DNA of 63,859 nt, the filler included. It is 11 parts of 11 records of this genome, joined end to end, with 100 filler letters (N's around TTAATTAATTAA, not from the genome) between each part and the next. Parts side by side here need not be neighbours in the genome. Positions count along the whole stretch, not along the records: positions 55,942 to 63,859 come from SRR7504441_2096; 10 more parts are not named here. One strand, given 5' to 3'. Every line of letters begins with the position of its first letter. The first letter of the stretch is position 1. The translations under genes were made by a program, and so were the position numbers. Shown here piece after piece: positions 58,901-63,859 of the stretch. The notes beneath the pieces are model-generated. The model had not been told where the DNA came from. It saw nothing but the letters and a program-made list of their open reading frames with translations, and ran no database searches.

Positions 58901-61900
58901 CGGGGTTGGACTCGCTTGCTGCCATTGAGCTTGGGAATCGCTTGTCCCGACTTACAGACATCTCAGTGCCGCCACATCAACTTTTCGATTATCCTACCTG
59001 TAAACATCTTGCACAGTATCTGGATAGCTGCCATTCCTCCTGTGAGGATATGCCTGTGATGCCACCAACCAAGCTGCTGAAATCCTCGCCAGTTGGTATC
59101 GCAACATCATTGTCTACTCTGCCAGTGCCTCTCGATGAGGTGTGGGGCATGATATACTCTGCATGCGATACAACCATGAAAATCCCCGCCGCGCGATTCG
59201 ATCCTCAGACTGTTTCTCAGTATCACGAAAGTCTCTATGTCCACTTGGGCCACTTTCTTGGCAAATGCCAGCTATTCGATCACGACTTCTTCCACATTGG
59301 AGTGGCTGAGGCAAGTTGCATCGACCCTGCACAAAGGATGTTACTTGAAGGGGTTTATGCAGCTTGTCAAAAAGGTTGTATAACTCGCAATTCTACTTTT
59401 GAGGTTGGCGTATTTGTGGGCACGAGGTACTCTGCAGCCTGGCCGTTGATCCAATCCGCTAAAGATCGGCCGTTTGGAACATACTTCATGCTTGGTGCGG
59501 ACCTTGCCGCGTCCGCTGGCCGTGTTTCGTATCTCCTTGGTCTAAAAGGTCCGAGCATGTGCATCATGACGGGATGCTCCTCTGCTCTAGTTGCTGTTGA
59601 TACAGCCTACTGCAAGTTACGTGATAGCATTGACGATATGTATGCTGTGGTTGCCAGTACAAACCTTTTGCTGCACTTTTCGGAGTGGGTGGGGATGTGT
59701 TCGCTTCATGCACTCTCAACAGATGGCCGATGCAAGTGGTTTGATATTTCTGCAGATGGCTATGCCAGGTCAGAATCATCAAGCTCGGTGCTACTTCACA
59801 CACAACGCTCCGAGTTCACACTTGAGGGCTCGTCGGTCAATCAAGACGGCTCCAGTGCTAGCTTCATGGCCCCAAGTGGTCTGGCACAACAGGCAGTGAT
59901 CTTTTCAGCATGCAGGGAAACGAGCATAGGAACAGCAGTCAGCCATTGTGTCGAAACTCACGGAACAGGAACAGCATTGGGCGATCCCATCGAAATACAC
60001 GCACTCCAGGCTGCTTTTAGTTCGTGTACCGATCTCATTCTCGGATCTCTCAAGTCTCTCATTGGGCATTCAGAGGCGGCTTCTGGCCTGGCAGGCCTAG
60101 TGAAGACTATGCTGGCCTTGTCAGCTGTTCATGACAGCCCGAATCTGCATTTGCGTCAAGTCAATCCTCATTTACTCTCAGAACTCGTGCGACCTCACGG
60201 AGTCACAATAGAAAGAGGCTTGATGGACTACTCGAGGAGAGAACTTTGGGCAGCGTTTCCTGAGGATAGCAAGCGTCATGGCATGAAGGTAGATGTCTTC
60301 TACGTCCATCCAACAACCGCGCTCACAATGACAGAGCACTTGAACTTGCGTCTCACCGATGACATGAGCAGCAATGTACGTAAGAAAGTCGGCTCTCAGA
60401 CTCGTGTTTTCGCCGATGCAGCGGTGTTTGCTCCATTCTATCAGCAAGCGACGATTCGAGCCTTCAGCGATGACTATTGCACCTCTGAAGAATCATCCAG
60501 TGCGCTCGATCTCGCTTATAGCGATGTTCGCAGAGCGTTCTGGACTTACATGTCACATTATAACCGGAACTCCGATGGCAGCCGACGGCCGTTCTTCTTG
60601 GCTGGACACTCCCAGGGTTCTCTGCACTTGGCGCGACTTATCAAAGAAGAATTCAATCCTCTCCTTTCTGCCACTGGCATCATTCAAGACTCCTCGGAGA
60701 GAGCTGAATACAGATCTCTTCTCGTATGTGCTTACCTAGTGGGCGCTGCTGTCGGGCCTGCTTTTTGGGGGGCACCAGATGGCACTCGCGGATTCATTCG
60801 CCATGCACGACATGCCCACGATTGTAGTGGTGTGTATGTTACATGGTGCACAGTTGGACAGGGCGTTCAACATGTGCCTTGGCTTCCGCCTAGTGACCAA
60901 CTAGATGCTGTGGCACACAATCCAATATCCTGGACCTTGAATGATGGAGAAAAAACACGCTCTGAAGCACACATGGGCATGTTTGATTCAGATGGAAGCA
61001 TTATCAACCGTGGACTCACTTCAGTTGTGTCTGACGTCAAAGGACCGTTCGTTCGGGTGTGGGATTCTGTGAATCGAGATTTATATGGCACTTTTACCTT
61101 CAAAGGCACAGGTGGCGACTATCACTTTGGTGATTATGACCTTTTTTCTGTCAACATGAGGCACAATGTTCGGCAACGTGTTGATTCTTATCTGGAACAT
61201 TGTGCGAGTGCTTCCTCAGGAGCCGTACTGATGCACCATAGTGATTTGTTGGGTGACGAACGGTTCATGCTTCCAACATCACAAGTGAGCATTGGTCCTC
61301 GCCAACTAGCTCCCGGTGATCAATCTGCTGGAATTAGTTCCTTCGGTTATACTGGCACCAATGTTCACACAGTAATAACACACCATCTTGGTTGTGTAGA
61401 ATCAAACTTCGAGTCAACGAGCCACCTCCTCTACCGGGGCATCTCGTTCCCATGGTGGGAGGAAAGTTCCATCTCAAGCTCGTTGCCAAACGTGGGTAGT
61501 GTTCATCAAAGCTCGTCCTGGGAGAAGCACTGGCCGACAGCTACGTGCTCCTACATTTCACATCACCGCGTGGGCCTGGCTCCAATAATGCCAGGCACGG
61601 CATTTATCTGCTTGGCATGGAAGACTGCGTGTCGTTCCGATTCTGCCAACCTGTGCATTGTCGGTGCGAGGTTCGATACGGCGCTCTTCTTGGACTGCAA
61701 AAGACCTATGTTGATACTTACACAAGCTGCAAGTGGCCCAAATATTGTAGTCAATATCCAGGCAAAGGATTCTTTAGGTCGTGTAGTGGAGCATGCAATG
61801 GTGACTTTGTCAAATGCGCCCTCTGGGAGAAGCACTTCAGGTTGTGTCACTACTTGCATGAACCATTGCCGCAGCACGGAAGCAAGCTGGGTGACTGGCA

Positions 61901-63859
61901 ACAGGTATGCCATCAGCTCTGACTTTGCTTGCAACACGGCATATCAGCAGGTATCGAGTGTTACCAACGTGATTCACACCCATAAAGCGTACAAGTCAGA
62001 ATCTGATAGCATCAGAGAGATCCAGACCAGGTATACAGACTGTATCTTGCATCCAACCGATGGGAAAGGTTTGGTCAAAACCAGTTATTTACGATGCTCG
62101 CAGCTAGAGCTAACCCAGAGTCGTGGTCTGCTGTACAAGGTGTCATGGACTGCAGCAGGCGCATCTGGAAGCCAAGATCTTCGAATGTCCATGGAAGCAT
62201 GGCTGGTGTTCGATAGCACGTTGTTGGACACTGGAAACTGGACAATGAGGGCCACTGGAGTGATGGCTAGGGGCGAGCTGTGTACGATATTGGCTGCGGC
62301 TGAGGAGAGCAGGAGTCTGTGCATCTGTTGCTGCCGCACGGGTTCCAGCTCGTCGATTGGCGAAATCTTGTATGCAGCACAGGTTGCAGCTGGCGCCGCG
62401 TTGCGTATATGGATTATATCGTGTGGCAACATAACAGGGCTATCTGGCCTTGCCAAATCGGTCAATGCTGAGAGGAATGCACTGATCAGTTGTGTAGCTA
62501 TGCAGAGTCGGTTGAGTTTGTTCCAAGCGGAGCTTATTCTGACCTTTGGTCATAGCCACGACGATAGTATACTTGTTGACACTAACAACCAGCTGCACCA
62601 ACCCTATTTGGCTCGAGAGCTGCGGTGTGAAGCTGGTAGGCCTTTACAGTTAGGCCTGCAAAACCGAGGCTCGTTAACCTCGCTGATCCAGCAACCACAG
62701 ACCTCGCAGCCATGTATCACTGTGGAAGTTAAGGCGGTGGGGCTCAACTTTCGTGATGTTCTCAACATACTCGGAATGTATCCTGGTGATCCTGGGCCAC
62801 CAGGCGGTGACTGTGCCGGCTGCATCTATGCAGATAACTCCAAAGGAGAGCAGAGCGTTTTTGGTTTAGCCCTTGGAAGCCTCAGAGCCTATGCATGTAG
62901 CGATCCTCGCTTGCTTGCTGCGATGCCTGGGAGGTGGACTTACCCTGAAGCTAGCGCAATGCCCACAGTATGGTTGACAGTGTGGATGACGCTGGAGCAG
63001 TCGGATGGCATCTGTAGAGGCTGCTCTGTGCTGATCCAAGCTGCCACAGGCGGTGTAGGCATTGTTGCAGTAAAGTTTACCCAGCAAGGAGGAGCACGGA
63101 TCTGTGCTACAGCTGGGCGGGCAGAAAAGCAGGCATTCTTGCGTGCACTTGGCGTGCATATGGTGAGCACCACTCGAGATGGCCAGATGTTTTCGCGTGA
63201 CATGTGCTCTGTGCTTGGCGATTCGACCCGAAAGTTGGCAGTCGTCATGAATAGCCTTTCGCATGACCAGTACATTCCATTGTCAGCCGCCGGGGTTGGT
63301 GAAGGTGGCAGATTTGTTGAGATTGGGAAGCGTGGGATCTGGAGCCTGGCTCCAATGGCAACGCATTATTCGCACTTGCGATACTCTGTAGTAGAGATGG
63401 ATACTCAGTCCGCACTCGACCCGGCCTGGCAGCACAGCGGACTACAAGTTCAGGGTGTTCGGTATAACGAGATGCACTTGCTGCCCCTTCACCAGTATCA
63501 ACTTCAGAGTCACGCTCAGGAGGCGTTTCAATTGCTGCAACGAGCCAGCCATATCGGAAAAGTGGTGGTCTTGCTGAGACTGCCCGTCGAGATTGGCTGC
63601 ACTGCCAACACAGCAGTCACTGGAGGTACAGGTGGATTGGGGCTTCTGGTCTGGGCCTGGATAGCGGAAGGCGGATCAGACAGGTCAGTGCTGCTATCGC
63701 GTAGTGGGCAGATCGACTCGCCCAGGCACCTGCGCAGCGCAGCAAATCATAGTGTGCAAATCGACCTGTGTGGTCTGCAATCATGGCCCTCAGCATTGAA
63801 ACGAATTGAATGTGGGGTGAGTGGTGTGGTGCACTCTGCTGGCGTACTGGCTGATGCAT
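55942..63859 (+). CDS. modular type I polyketide synthase (AT-less): ACP-KS-KR-ACP-KS[DUF3089-like insert]-DH-ER-KR, partial at both ends
   Basis: Single open frame of at least 2639 aa with no introns. ACP GVDSL (Ser 55960). KS1 NTACSSSL (Cys 56659), HGTGT, AHSEGAAG. KR1 GGQGALG, YAAAN. ACP GLDSL (58912). KS2 MTGCSSAL (Cys 59575), HGTGT (59959), GHSEAASG (60067). DH HRVGLAPIMP (61564). ER VGLNFRDVL, AATGGVG, ASHIGKVV. KR2 TGGTGGLG, HSAGVLAD. Confidence 0.96.
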   Translation, partial: MENGVDSLAATELRNLLQHEVGTSAKVTSTIVFDYPTAAAIAQLLMTQLDIRTSSASCQQPVALTHSENASTARPASPLVITGVECVTPGGAHDSVWEGLCLAHNSVTSIPFQRFDVQAAPGLIYVHHGHFVAGAEIFEPVLFGMSIAEVRATDPSHRLLLKAVLPVFEQSGHRKTSLLNSSTAMLLGICNTADWGRLCSEIGTDTGVYGAHGSDGGAAAGRVSYLFGLKGPCFSVNTACSSSLVALDAAYMNMHLRTCKQVVVAGVHLQLHSSSFAAFCALHALSPDGQCRTFDARADGYGRSEACGAVLLEERPEMSRPELRGTATNQDGRSASFMAPNGPSQEQVVLAAMGQQIRLSGIEAHGTGTALGDPIEVGALGRVLSRVVEPQQPVVLGAYKSQIAHSEGAAGVAGLAKVLMALQRQCIPPNLHLREANPKLELEGVALVIGSECGEICEDSTGLLQIGVSSFGYSGTNSHAVLAVVHGGGTVDVDERLSVRYQHTAFDWKQDSKTGMNVASVANPTGVGFRRSVAGLDYIYRVTWSTLNAPQSHLFSEGALVLAWPSAGIEGITHQGWHRGRPLHYKQVVCSEKVPIACLMQLAQSVPNQINLFLITSSELGPQSDSWMGRGVAGLARSIRLERPGLSCSQIDSGRGISSESLGVYPVEQEVVLRQAQQLAPRLHVVVGGNGLDAPIAFDLQSSCMISGGQGALGLLVANWLANHGVGKLLLLSRSSQRGQGESWNLLQATSASISAVAADVSIASTWFSTRGVIHAAGVDLYAELQELKRAQLQRVVAPKLYGGRNLHSYLVSTPIDHFMVFSSASALVGLKRGTCYAAANSCLDELAQARRAAGLAAQSVQWGAWTDIGMAAGIDATAYVAGGITNCIGLNALKGTISSWMFCTAFIAKMAWRQFLQLYSVVPPMLAGFYRVEPARVVQQRDSTICRSLDAMSADDRTTKLQMLVQECVFDVAQLQMHLDEPLMEAGLDSLAAIELGNRLSRLTDISVPPHQLFDYPTCKHLAQYLDSCHSSCEDMPVMPPTKLLKSSPVGIATSLSTLPVPLDEVWGMIYSACDTTMKIPAARFDPQTVSQYHESLYVHLGHFLGKCQLFDHDFFHIGVAEASCIDPAQRMLLEGVYAACQKGCITRNSTFEVGVFVGTRYSAAWPLIQSAKDRPFGTYFMLGADLAASAGRVSYLLGLKGPSMCIMTGCSSALVAVDTAYCKLRDSIDDMYAVVASTNLLLHFSEWVGMCSLHALSTDGRCKWFDISADGYARSESSSSVLLHTQRSEFTLEGSSVNQDGSSASFMAPSGLAQQAVIFSACRETSIGTAVSHCVETHGTGTALGDPIEIHALQAAFSSCTDLILGSLKSLIGHSEAASGLAGLVKTMLALSAVHDSPNLHLRQVNPHLLSELVRPHGVTIERGLMDYSRRELWAAFPEDSKRHGMKVDVFYVHPTTALTMTEHLNLRLTDDMSSNVRKKVGSQTRVFADAAVFAPFYQQATIRAFSDDYCTSEESSSALDLAYSDVRRAFWTYMSHYNRNSDGSRRPFFLAGHSQGSLHLARLIKEEFNPLLSATGIIQDSSERAEYRSLLVCAYLVGAAVGPAFWGAPDGTRGFIRHARHAHDCSGVYVTWCTVGQGVQHVPWLPPSDQLDAVAHNPISWTLNDGEKTRSEAHMGMFDSDGSIINRGLTSVVSDVKGPFVRVWDSVNRDLYGTFTFKGTGGDYHFGDYDLFSVNMRHNVRQRVDSYLEHCASASSGAVLMHHSDLLGDERFMLPTSQVSIGPRQLAPGDQSAGISSFGYTGTNVHTVITHHLGCVESNFESTSHLLYRGISFPWWEESSISSSLPNVGSVHQSSSWEKHWPTATCSYISHHRVGLAPIMPGTAFICLAWKTACRSDSANLCIVGARFDTALFLDCKRPMLILTQAASGPNIVVNIQAKDSLGRVVEHAMVTLSNAPSGRSTSGCVTTCMNHCRSTEASWVTGNRYAISSDFACNTAYQQVSSVTNVIHTHKAYKSESDSIREIQTRYTDCILHPTDGKGLVKTSYLRCSQLELTQSRGLLYKVSWTAAGASGSQDLRMSMEAWLVFDSTLLDTGNWTMRATGVMARGELCTILAAAEESRSLCICCCRTGSSSSIGEILYAAQVAAGAALRIWIISCGNITGLSGLAKSVNAERNALISCVAMQSRLSLFQAELILTFGHSHDDSILVDTNNQLHQPYLARELRCEAGRPLQLGLQNRGSLTSLIQQPQTSQPCITVEVKAVGLNFRDVLNILGMYPGDPGPPGGDCAGCIYADNSKGEQSVFGLALGSLRAYACSDPRLLAAMPGRWTYPEASAMPTVWLTVWMTLEQSDGICRGCSVLIQAATGGVGIVAVKFTQQGGARICATAGRAEKQAFLRALGVHMVSTTRDGQMFSRDMCSVLGDSTRKLAVVMNSLSHDQYIPLSAAGVGEGGRFVEIGKRGIWSLAPMATHYSHLRYSVVEMDTQSALDPAWQHSGLQVQGVRYNEMHLLPLHQYQLQSHAQEAFQLLQRASHIGKVVVLLRLPVEIGCTANTAVTGGTGGLGLLVWAWIAEGGSDRSVLLSRSGQIDSPRHLRSAANHSVQIDLCGLQSWPSALKRIECGVSGVVHSAGVLADA
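60220..61200 (+). other. DUF3089-like alpha/beta (Ser) hydrolase domain nested inside KS2 of the PKS
   Basis: DYS..LWAAFP, VDVFYVHPTT, FAPFYQQA, LAYSDVRRAF..Y..HYN, RPFFLAGHSQGSLHL, LVCAYLVG, NPISW and YHFGDYDLFSVNMRHNVRQRVDSY, in the order expected for that family. Confidence 0.85.

Noticed and set aside
60601-60620. GHSQG read as a cis-acyltransferase active site
   Set aside because: It lacks the AT context (no GQG.Q, no GHSxGE, no HAFH/YASH) and lies inside the KS; the flanking motifs match DUF3089-type hydrolases.
36993-63859. Apparent cluster of GH31, LPMO, Hsp70 and PKS genes
   Set aside because: They lie on different contigs, so the adjacency comes from concatenation.

Overview
This window is eukaryotic (protist) DNA, not one locus. 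It is 11 unrelated contigs joined by an artificial N-run/TTAATTAATTAA/N-run spacer, so synteny only holds within a contig. The genome is very compact, with many canonical GT-AG micro-introns (about 35-50 nt), GC-rich 5' ends of genes, tight head-to-head gene pairs and AT-rich convergent 3' gaps. Recognisable genes: a DUS1-like tRNA-dihydrouridine synthase, an EF-hand/TPR protein, an ABCC transporter, Piezo, RsmE, an SK-like channel with no GYG filter, a zeta-toxin-like P-loop kinase, TTC12, Polo-like kinase, a tartrate/isopropylmalate dehydrogenase-family enzyme, a signal-peptide aldo-keto reductase, a CTL/SLC44 transporter, a GH31 with an inserted SUEL lectin, a PCIF1-like methyltransferase fused to a chromodomain, a His-brace LPMO-like protein with an adjacent inverted pseudo-copy, a tail-anchored Hsp70 and a DHHC palmitoyltransferase. 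The most striking feature is missing from the ORF track because it runs off the window. It is an intronless, AT-less modular type I PKS of at least 2,639 aa (55942-63859, +; ACP-KS-KR-ACP-KS-DH-ER-KR). Its second KS has a complete DUF3089-like Ser hydrolase of about 360 aa (GHSQG) inserted in frame inside the KS domain. All domain calls come from reading motifs by eye; no searches were run.
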